A stretch of 64,000 nucleotides of DNA from Armatimonadota bacterium. Its GTDB lineage: Bacteria; Armatimonadota; SYMT01. Below are positions 1 to 6,506 of the stretch, piece after piece; the stretch's first letter is position 1; each line of letters opens with the position of its first letter. The DNA is taken from assembly GCA_046292385.1 (NCBI GenBank), contig JBKBRF010000017.1, forward strand, positions 37,727 through 101,726, written 5' to 3'. The notes under the pieces are model-generated. The model was not told where the DNA came from and made no database searches. It was given only the letters and a program-made list of their open reading frames with translations. The position numbers were made by a program, and so were the translations under genes.

Positions 1-2
1 CC

Positions 3-281
3 ATACAGCGCGACCTCGCCGGCGAGGCTTCCCCGGACCAGGCGGTGCTCGCCTATCAGGAGGACGTGCCGGTGTTCCAGTCGCTGCCGGTGCGAGTGAT
101 CGAGCTGCCGTCCCGCACAGAGCCGGAGCGGGTGGCACAGCGCCTCTACGCCGCCCTCCGCGAGGCGGACGAAGCCGGCGCCCGGCTCCTCTACGCGCGC
201 CTGCTGCCCCCCGGCGGCCTCGCCGAAGCGGTGAACGACCGGCTCCTCCGCGCCGCCTCCGGCGTCCTTCGAACGGTCTGA
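3..281 (+). CDS. sua5: 3' end of Sua5/TsaC2 L-threonylcarbamoyladenylate synthase (SUA5 C-terminal domain), truncated by window edge
   Basis: VAQRLYAALREAD...GLAEAVNDRLLRAAS resembles the SUA5 domain C-terminal pattern (A.NLF.ALR.LD...GLG.AI.DRL.RAA); the frame is open to the window start. Confidence 0.75.
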   Translation: MQRDLAGEASPDQAVLAYQEDVPVFQSLPVRVIELPSRTEPERVAQRLYAALREADEAGARLLYARLLPPGGLAEAVNDRLLRAASGVLRTV

Positions 282-391
282 GACGGGCCGTCGACCGCTC
301 TGCCACCCGTTCGCCGCACGGGCGGGCAGGGGAGCGTGGTCCTGCCGGTTAACGTTAGGAAGTCCTCTCTTTGCTCCAGTGGAGGCTTCCG

Positions 392-1180
392 ATGCGATTT
401 CGCCTGCCGCTTCCGGCGACTCTCCTGGTCGCCCTCGCCTGCGCCGCGGTTCCCGCGCTCTCCGCCGCGCGGCCCGCGCCGATCCGCGCCGCCGCCACTC
501 CGCAGATCTTTGGGATCTCCCCGGCGCGGGGAGAGCAGGGCGCCTCGCTGACGCTCGTCCTCCAGGGGACCCGCTTCGAGCACGGCGCGACCGTTAGCCT
601 GGGAGAGGGGATCAGCGTGACGGAAGCGGTGGTGAGCGGGCGGGGAGTCCGGGCGCTGCTCGACCATATCCTGACCCTGCGGATCGAGATCGCCGCGGAC
701 GCGGAGCCCGGCCCGCGGGATGTGACGGTCACCAACCCCGGCGGCGAGACCGCCGTCGCTCCCGCGGCCTTCGAGGTGGTCGCTCCACCCCCGGTGCCGC
801 GGCCGGACCTGGCGGGCACCTGGAAGAAGGTGAAGGTCCGGAGCATCCCGGGCCGGCGGGGCGCGGAGGGCAGCACCCTCTTCACCGGTACGCTGCAGGT
901 CGCCAACTCCGGTGCCGCGGCGGCGCGCTCGTTCGTGGTGCGGTTCGTCGCGGCGGAGACCGCCGACGGTGAGGGCGCCCTCCCGCTCGGCAAGCCGAAG
1001 AAGGTGGCGCACCGCCTGAAGCCCGGCGCCCGCCACACCGTGAAGCTGAAGGCCCGGCTGCCGCGGAGCGCGCTCGATCCTACCGGGAAATACCTGCTGG
1101 CGCTCCTCGATTCCACCGATCGGGTGGAAGAGGGCGACGAGCAGAACAACGCCGTCGCCTTCGCCCTGCCGGTGCCGTAG
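392..1180 (+). CDS. Secreted protein with IPT/TIG-like Ig domain and C-terminal CARDB-like domain
   Basis: GGAGG RBS at 381; signal peptide MRFRLPLPATLLVALACAA; PQIFGISPARG...GPRDVTVTNPGG (IPT-like); PDL...V.N.G...D.TDRVEEGDEQNN (CARDB-like). Confidence 0.7.
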   Translation: MRFRLPLPATLLVALACAAVPALSAARPAPIRAAATPQIFGISPARGEQGASLTLVLQGTRFEHGATVSLGEGISVTEAVVSGRGVRALLDHILTLRIEIAADAEPGPRDVTVTNPGGETAVAPAAFEVVAPPPVPRPDLAGTWKKVKVRSIPGRRGAEGSTLFTGTLQVANSGAAAARSFVVRFVAAETADGEGALPLGKPKKVAHRLKPGARHTVKLKARLPRSALDPTGKYLLALLDSTDRVEEGDEQNNAVAFALPVP

Positions 1181-1239
1181 CAGGTCTCCGAAGGCTCGCG
1201 CTCCTCTCGCGCCGGTGCTGAGACCCGGAAAAAAGCCTC

Positions 1240-1309
1240 TTGCGCCTCTGATATCGTGATGATATCATTCTGTCGTCGTGGTGACATCAGGGGCGAGGGC
1301 GGCCATACT
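1240..1309 (+). promoter_or_regulatory. Tandem sigma-70-type promoters with overlapping TGATATC operator repeats
   Basis: TTGCGC(1240-45)-17 nt-TATCAT(1263-68) with extended -10 TG; GTGACA(1281-86)-17 nt-CATACT(1304-09), 6 nt before ATG 1316 (leaderless start); inverted repeat TGATATC-GTGAT-GATATCA at 1249-1267 and a third half-site TGACATC at 1282-1288. Confidence 0.6.
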
Positions 1310-1315
1310 GAGCGT

Positions 1316-1516
1316 ATGAGTGACTCGGCACCCCCCAAGAAACGGACGATGACGGCGGTCACCTATCCGAACCGCCTGCTGCACTACGACGACGACGAGG
1401 GAATGGCGCTGCTGCGCGAGATCGCGCGCCGGCACGGGCTCTCCCTCGCGGCGGCGCTGCGGATGCTCGTGAGAGAGGCCGCGGAGCGCCGCGGGATACG
1501 GAAGAAAACGGAATAG
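1316..1516 (+). CDS. Small ribbon-helix-helix (CopG-like) DNA-binding protein
   Basis: 66 aa; short strand then DDEGMALLREIARRHGLSLAAALRMLVREA, an RHH-like helix-G-S-helix pattern; start chosen from promoter spacing (1349 is the alternative). Confidence 0.65.
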   Translation: MSDSAPPKKRTMTAVTYPNRLLHYDDDEGMALLREIARRHGLSLAAALRMLVREAAERRGIRKKTE

Positions 1517-1552
1517 GAGCCTATCCCTAGCGAGATCGGCTCTAGACTTTCG

Positions 1553-1622
1553 GCGCGGGCCGAAGTGCCTGGGTTCTCGTCTGCTAAACGAACCACCCCC
1601 AGGCGCACGTGCTTGCCCGCGC
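1553..1622 (+). ncRNA. Y RNA-like unit A1 (short stem-loop, Ro60-binding helix)
   Basis: GCGCGGG-C-CGAAGUGCCUGGG...CCCAGGCGCAC-GUG-CUUG-CCCGCGC: the ends pair with a bulged C, as in the Ro60-binding helix; lies upstream of rsr. Confidence 0.8.
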
Positions 1623-1629
1623 ATCCTTT

Positions 1630-1751
1630 CCAGACGTAGCTCAACGGCAGAGCATCAGGTAAACCCTTCGGCGGTGACTTGCCCGGAGACGGGCCGGATG
1701 TTGAAGGTTAACGGCCCTTGAGGGGTGCAGGTTCGAATCCTGCCGTCTGGT
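1630..1751 (+). ncRNA. tRNA-shaped, circularly permuted Y RNA unit B1
   Basis: Acceptor CCAGACG/CGTCTGG; D arm GCTC-AACGGCA-GAGC; stem TCAGG/CTTGA; T arm GCAGG-TTCGAAT-CCTGC; the anticodon loop is replaced by 57 nt containing CUUG-CCCG-GAGA-CGGG-C-CGGA; no encoded CCA. Confidence 0.8.
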
Positions 1752-1753
1752 GT

Positions 1754-1856
1754 GAGATGGGCCGCTGCGAATCGGTTATCGGAGTTCAAGCCTTCCCGTC
1801 CCGACCTGTCGGGACGAGCCCACCGGGGGCACCCGATCGCGCTGCTTGCCTGTCTC
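1754..1856 (+). ncRNA. YrlA-topology Y RNA unit C1
   Basis: GAGAUGGG-C-CG...CUUG-CCUGUCUC terminal helix enclosing a T-arm-like GGAG-UUCAAGC-CUUC, a closed acceptor-like stem CGUCCCGA/UCGGGACG and a D-arm-like GCCC-ACCGG-GGGC. Confidence 0.72.
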
Positions 1857-1862
1857 GCTTTG

Positions 1863-1930
1863 GAAGCGGGCCGGAGTGCCTGGGTTATCCTGTCACGATG
1901 AACCCCAGGCGCATGCAGCTTGCCTGCTTC
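1863..1930 (+). ncRNA. Y RNA-like unit A2
   Basis: GAAGCGGG-C-CGGAGUGCCUGGGUUAUC...CCCAGGCGC-AUGCAG-CUUG-CCUGCUUC; paralog of A1 and A3. Confidence 0.8.
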
Positions 1931-1963
1931 ACTCCTGGGGCTCTCCACGGAGCGGCCCCGGTT

Positions 1964-2086
1964 TCGGACGTAGCTCAGAGGTAGAGCACCAGGAAACCCC
2001 TTCGCTGCTCACTTGCCCGGAGACGGGCCGAAAGCTGAAGGTTACCTATACCCTGGCGGCCGCGGGTTCGAGTCCCGCCGTCCGGA
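1964..2086 (+). ncRNA. tRNA-shaped, circularly permuted Y RNA unit B2
   Basis: Acceptor TCGGACG/CGTCCGG; D arm GCTC-AGAGGTA-GAGC; stem CCAGG/CCTGG; T arm GCGGG-TTCGAGT-CCCGC; same CUUG-CCCG-GAGA-CGGG-C-CGA insert as B1, with compensatory changes relative to B1. Confidence 0.8.
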
Positions 2087-2114
2087 GTGTTCGCTCTCCT
2101 GGGAGCGGACTTTA

Positions 2115-2207
2115 GAGATGGGCCGCTGCGGCTCGCTTATCGGCACACAGGTGGGCTCGAGACCCACCACCCTTCGGGGTTGGCGAGCCGCGTCACTTGT
2201 CCATCTC
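2115..2207 (+). ncRNA. Y RNA unit C2 (reduced tRNA-like domain)
   Basis: GAGAUGGG-C-CGCUGCGGCUCGC-UUAUC...GCGAGCCGCG-UCA-CUUG-UCCAUCUC; internal T-arm-like GGUGGG-CUCGAGA-CCCACC and ACCC-UUCG-GGGU hairpin. Confidence 0.72.
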
Positions 2208-2376
2208 AGGTTAGAACCGACCCCGTGGGCAAAACGGGCTGCGCCTGGCTGTGAGGTGCGGATTTGTCGTCGCGGCGGAACGTCCGATATTCGTCCATAT
2301 CGACCGTCCCGCCGCTCCTAATCTCCGCCCCTCTCGCTCAGGCTCGCCGTACCTTTGCCTACGCGGACCGGTTCCT
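2208..2376 (+). other. About 170-nt imperfect rod-like hairpin inside the Y RNA array
   Basis: Nested pairings GAACCG/CGGTTC, CGTGGGCAAA/TTTGCCTACG, GCCTG/CAGGC, GAGG/CCTC, GCGGA/TCCGC, GCGGCGG/CCGCCGC, CGATAT/ATATCG around loop TCGTCC. Confidence 0.65.
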
Positions 2377-2377
2377 G

Positions 2378-2445
2378 GAAGCGGGCCGGAGTGCCTGGGT
2401 TATCTTAGGGAGATAACACCCAGGCGCGCGGAGCTTGCCCGCTTC
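2378..2445 (+). ncRNA. Y RNA-like unit A3
   Basis: GAAGCGGG-C-CGGAGUGCCUGGGUUAUC...CCCAGGCGC-GCGGAG-CUUG-CCCGCUUC; first 27 nt identical to A2. Confidence 0.8.
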
Positions 2446-2507
2446 ACCTGTCGGGGTGCGGGGGACAACGGGGTCTCCCGCACCCTCCGGCCGAGGAGGG
2501 CCGTGCC

Positions 2508-4142
2508 ATGACCCAGTACCTGAAGAACGTTTTTTCCGCGCGTCAGACGCCGCAGTCGGAGCCGATCCCCGGCTCCGGGCAGGTGCCGAACAGCGCGGGC
2601 GGGTTCGCCTGGCAGGTCGACGATTGGGCCCGCCTCGATCGCTTCCTGATCCTCGGCAGCGAGGGTGGGTCGTACTACGCCTCCGAGCGGAAGCTGACGC
2701 TGGAGAACGCGGACGCCGTGGTCCGCTGCCTGGAGGCGGACGGCGAGCGGCTGGTCCGCCGGGTGGTCGAGATCAGCGAGTCCGGCCGGGCGCCGAAGAA
2801 CGACCCGGCGATCTTCGCCCTGGCGCTGGCGTGCTCCTTCGGCGACGAGCGGGCGCGCGCGGCGGCGTTCGCGGCGGTGCCGCGGGTCTGCCGGATCGGG
2901 ACGCACCTGTTCCACTTCGCGGAGTTCGTAAACGGGATGCGCGGCTGGGGACGCGGGCTGCGGCGCGCCGTGGCGGCCTGGTACCAGGAGAAGCCGGTGG
3001 GGGCGCTTGCGCTGCAGGCGGTGAAGTACCAGCAGCGGGACCGGTGGAGCCACCGGGACCTGCTCCGGCTGGCGCACCCGGTGCCGGCGGACGAGGACCG
3101 CACCGCCCTCTACCGCTGGGTGACCCGCGGGTGGGAGCCGGAGCGGGCGGACCGGTTCGGCCGCGAGGGCGAGCTGGCGCTGGTCGGCGGCTTCGAGGCG
3201 GTGAAGGCGGCCGCCACGGCGGCGGAAGTGGCGGAGTGCATCCGCACCTACCGGCTGCCGCGGGAGGCGGTCCCGACGCAGTGGCTGACCGACCGCGAGG
3301 TGTGGCGGGCGCTGCTGGAGGAGATGCCGATGACCGCGCTGATCCGGAACCTGGCGACGCTGACCCGCGTGGGGCTGGTGACGCCCGGCTCCGTGGGGAC
3401 CCGGAAGGTGGTGGAGCAGCTCGGCGACCGGGAGCGGCTCCGGAAGGCGCGCGTGCACCCGATCCAGGTGCTCTCCGCGCTGAAGACCTACGCCTCCGGC
3501 AAGGGCGTGCGCTCCGACCAGAGCTGGGCGCCGGTGCCGCAGGTGGTCGACGCGCTCGACGCGGCGTTCTACGCGGCGTTCCGGAACGTGGAGCCGACCG
3601 GCAAGCGGTGGCTGCTGGCGCTCGACGTCTCCGGCTCGATGGAGTGCGGAGTGATCGCCGGGTGCCCGGGGCTGACGCCGCGGGTCGCATCCGCCGCCAT
3701 GGCGCTGGTCACGGCGGCGGTGGAGAAGCAGTACACGGCGGTAGCGTTCGCCTCCGAGGGGACCTTCGGGTGCCGGAGCGGGAGCGGGCTGCGGCCCCTG
3801 GCGCTCTCCTCGCGACAGCGCCTGGACGACGTGGTGAAGCTGACGCAGGCGCTGCCGTTCGGCGGCACCGACTGCGCGCTGCCGATGCTCTACGCGCTGG
3901 AGCGGAGGCTCGAGGTCGACTGCTTCGTGGTCTACACCGACTCGGAGACGTGGGCCGGAAGCGTCCACCCGGCGCAGGCGCTGCGGCAGTACCGGGAGTG
4001 GATGGGGATCCCGGCCCGGCTGATCGTGGTCGGCATGGTCTCCAACGGGTTTAGCATCGCGGACCCGAACGACCCCGGCATGCTTGACGTGGTCGGCTTC
4101 GACACCGCCACGCCGCAGCTGATGACGGACTTCGCCCGCTGA
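2508..4142 (+). CDS. rsr: Ro60 ribonucleoprotein (TROVE + vWA domains), Ro sixty-related protein
   Basis: QVPNSAGGF, RLDRFLILGSEGGSYYA, KYQQRDRWSHRDLLRLAHP, MPMTALIRNL, MIDAS motif DVSGSM, GGTDC, YTDSET, DVVGFD; GAGGAGG RBS. Confidence 0.97.
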   Translation: MTQYLKNVFSARQTPQSEPIPGSGQVPNSAGGFAWQVDDWARLDRFLILGSEGGSYYASERKLTLENADAVVRCLEADGERLVRRVVEISESGRAPKNDPAIFALALACSFGDERARAAAFAAVPRVCRIGTHLFHFAEFVNGMRGWGRGLRRAVAAWYQEKPVGALALQAVKYQQRDRWSHRDLLRLAHPVPADEDRTALYRWVTRGWEPERADRFGREGELALVGGFEAVKAAATAAEVAECIRTYRLPREAVPTQWLTDREVWRALLEEMPMTALIRNLATLTRVGLVTPGSVGTRKVVEQLGDRERLRKARVHPIQVLSALKTYASGKGVRSDQSWAPVPQVVDALDAAFYAAFRNVEPTGKRWLLALDVSGSMECGVIAGCPGLTPRVASAAMALVTAAVEKQYTAVAFASEGTFGCRSGSGLRPLALSSRQRLDDVVKLTQALPFGGTDCALPMLYALERRLEVDCFVVYTDSETWAGSVHPAQALRQYREWMGIPARLIVVGMVSNGFSIADPNDPGMLDVVGFDTATPQLMTDFAR

Positions 4143-4232
4143 GGGATGAAGGATGAGGGATGAAGGATGAGCTCGAGCCGGTGCTCAGCGGGCTCATCCT
4201 CTTCCTTTAGCCTTTTGACTTTAGCCTTCTGC
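4143..4232. repeat. Short tandem heptamer repeats and hairpin between convergent genes
   Basis: (GGATGAR)x4 pairing with GCTCATCCTCTTCC, followed by TTTAGCC/TTTTGAC/TTTAGCC/TTCTGCC heptamers. Confidence 0.6.
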
Positions 4233-4234
4233 CT

Positions 4235-5047
4235 TCACATCCCCACTCCCGTGTAGTGCTTCAGGCCCCAGCGCCAGGCGAGGCGGGAGAGGAGGTAGAC
4301 GGTGACTAGCCAGAAGGCGAGCATTCCGAGGCCGAAGCCGACCTCGTCCGGCGGTACCCGGCCGAGGAAGAGATCGGCGGCGAAGGAGAGGGTGTAGCGG
4401 AACGGCAGGTAGCGCGCCGCCTCTTCCACGGCGCCGGGGAGCAGGGCGAGCGGCACCACCTCGCCCGAGAGAAAGCTCGCCGGCATGTAGTAGAAGAGGA
4501 AGAGGCTCCGCACCTCGGTGAACCGCAGCGCCAGCAGGCCGAGCGTGTAGACCAGGCAGAACGAGAGCAGGTGTCCCCCCGCCACCGCCAGCCAGAACGC
4601 CCACCCGAGGTGGTAGCCCTCCCAGCGCACGTACTGGTGGAAGACGAGCAGCCACACCCCGAAGACCGGGATGAACAGCACCGCTCGCAGCAGCCGCCAG
4701 GAGATGCTCCCCGCGAAGTGATACGCCATGTAGCTGAACGGCCGCGTCAGCATGGCGGAGAAGCGCCCCTCCCGGATCTCGAACTCGATGTCCCACTGCG
4801 CGTGGCTGATCATCAGGTTCTTCAGGCAGAGGATCACCAGGTAGTAGGTGACCATCTGGCCGGGCGAGAGGCCCTGGATGGTGGCCCGCCCGCCGTAGCT
4901 CGCCAGCCAGACCAGCGGCAGCAGGATCGCGGGGACCGCGTCGGTCAGCATCCAGATCACCGCCTGCCCGCGGTAGGTCAGGCTATCCGCCATGTAGACG
5001 GAGAAGACGGTGAGGAACTTCCGCAGGCCGCGGGCGGGGGAGGTCAT
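4235..5047 (-). CDS. ABC-2 family (DUF990-type) transporter permease
   Basis: Six TM segments; YR..., IREGRFSAMLTRPF, LSGEVVPLALLP, LPFRY motifs; paralog of 53658-54512. Confidence 0.85.
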   Translation of the reverse strand: MTSPARGLRKFLTVFSVYMADSLTYRGQAVIWMLTDAVPAILLPLVWLASYGGRATIQGLSPGQMVTYYLVILCLKNLMISHAQWDIEFEIREGRFSAMLTRPFSYMAYHFAGSISWRLLRAVLFIPVFGVWLLVFHQYVRWEGYHLGWAFWLAVAGGHLLSFCLVYTLGLLALRFTEVRSLFLFYYMPASFLSGEVVPLALLPGAVEEAARYLPFRYTLSFAADLFLGRVPPDEVGFGLGMLAFWLVTVYLLSRLAWRWGLKHYTGVGM

Positions 5048-5154
5048 GCGCACGATTCCGGAGCGTCTGCGGGCGGGCAGCGCACCTCGATTCTATCCCT
5101 CGGGTCCGGCCCGTTAGCGGTGCCCGTCTGAAAGGCGAGCGAGGAGAGAGCGGG

Positions 5155-5763
5155 ATGGGGTCGTGGTCGGACGAAGAGATCCTGGCGGGGATGCGCGACC
5201 CGGCCCGGCGGGAGCGCGCCTTTCGCGAGCTGCAGGGCCGCTACGTGCCGTGTCTGCTGGGGCTGCTGGCGCGGATGTGCCATGGCGACCGCGAGACCGC
5301 GGAAGACGTGCTGGTCCGCGCGCTCTACAAGGCCTACCGCGCGCTGGCGGAAGAGGGGACTCGCTGCCGCGCCCTCTCGAGCTGGCTTTACACCGTCGCC
5401 TCCCGCACCGCGCTGGACGAGCTCGCCCGGATCCGGTCTGCGGAGCCGCCGGGAGGGACGCTCCCCCTGGCGGAAGAGCTGACGCGCCAGCCCGCGCCGG
5501 AGGCGGAGGGCCGCCTCCCTCCGGAGATCGGCCCGGCGCTGGATGCGGTGCTGGAGCGGCTCGACCGGGAGGACGCGCGCTACCGCGTGCTGCTGGAGAT
5601 GGAGCACGTGGGCGCGTGCGACCGGGGCGAGATGGCGGAGGCGACCGGTATTCCGCGCAAGCAACTCGCGCAGTATCTGAAGCGAGCCCGGGAGCGGTTC
5701 GCGCGGCTGGCCCGGGAGTATCCGGCGCTCGCCTCGCTGGCCGCGGAAGAGGAGGGGGAGTGA
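5155..5763 (+). CDS. ECF-type RNA polymerase sigma factor
   Basis: SDEEIL, AFREL..RY, DRETAEDVL, SWLYTVASRTALDELAR (region 2); EMAEATGIP...YLKRARERF (region 4 HTH). Confidence 0.75.
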   Translation: MGSWSDEEILAGMRDPARRERAFRELQGRYVPCLLGLLARMCHGDRETAEDVLVRALYKAYRALAEEGTRCRALSSWLYTVASRTALDELARIRSAEPPGGTLPLAEELTRQPAPEAEGRLPPEIGPALDAVLERLDREDARYRVLLEMEHVGACDRGEMAEATGIPRKQLAQYLKRARERFARLAREYPALASLAAEEEGE

Positions 5764-6419
5764 TGGCAGAGCGACCCGAGAGCGACGAGCGCCCGACCCC
5801 GGTGGGTGAGGAGGCCGTCGGGGCCCGGCTGGCGGGGCTGCTGCTCGTCCGCCGCGCGGAGCTTTCGCCGGAGACGGTCGCCGCGCTGGACCGCCTCGCT
5901 CCCCCGGCAGAGCCCGGCCCGGCGCTCCGCCGCCGCCTGCGGGAGCTCTCCGCGCGAGCGGAGCTCGACCTCCGCTTCGAGCAGGAGCACGCCTCCGGGA
6001 GAAGGTCGCCCTCCCTCGGCGCCTACCTGGTCTTCCTTCGCACGCAGGCGGGGCTTACCGCGGGGGAGGCGGCGCGGAAGCTCCGGATCGACCTCCAGCT
6101 CCTCGGCGACCTGGAGCGCGACACCCTCCGGCCCGCCCAGGTCCCCGCGCGGAAGCTGGCTGCCCTGGTGCGGCGGCTGCAGGGCACGCTGGAGATGACG
6201 GAGCGCCTGCTGCAGGGCCTGGTCCGCGCCCCGCGCCAGCTCGCCCGCCCCGCGCCCGGGCGCCTCTACCGCACCCGCCCCGGCGCCACCCCGTCTGAAG
6301 CGGCAGCCGCCTCCCGAGAGGCGCGCGGCGAGCCGGTGGAGTGGATCGACAACCCGGAGTATGCGGAAGAACTGGAAGTCGTGGAAGAGCTCGCGCGAAA
6401 GCTTCGGGAAGCGTGGTGA
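5763..6419 (+). CDS. XRE-type helix-turn-helix protein, translationally coupled to the sigma factor
   Basis: TGATG overlap; SLGAYLVFLRTQAGLTAGEAARKLRIDLQLLGDLERD is an XRE/Cro-CI HTH. Confidence 0.7.
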   Translation: MAERPESDERPTPVGEEAVGARLAGLLLVRRAELSPETVAALDRLAPPAEPGPALRRRLRELSARAELDLRFEQEHASGRRSPSLGAYLVFLRTQAGLTAGEAARKLRIDLQLLGDLERDTLRPAQVPARKLAALVRRLQGTLEMTERLLQGLVRAPRQLARPAPGRLYRTRPGATPSEAAAASREARGEPVEWIDNPEYAEELEVVEELARKLREAW

Positions 6420-6506
6420 GGGCAAGTTTGAGAGCTGAAAGAAGAGAGATGAAAGAACGGTCGGCGACGCACGATGCCGCGACCTACTCCCCGGAGACAG
6501 ACTCTT

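Noticed and set aside
1630-2086. Two ordinary or intron-containing tRNA genes
   Set aside because: No 7-nt anticodon loop can be restored, the 57-58 nt insert is far too short for a group I intron and carries the Ro60-binding motif, and there is no CCA; interpreted as Y RNAs
1553-2445. CRISPR array
   Set aside because: Repeated units are long, of three types and internally structured; there is no constant repeat-spacer periodicity and no cas gene
1655-2511. Short ORFs in the track overlapping the array (e.g. 1718-1984, 1846-2115, 2013-2321, 2251-2511)
   Set aside because: No RBS or protein motifs; the repeats conserve base pairing, not reading frame
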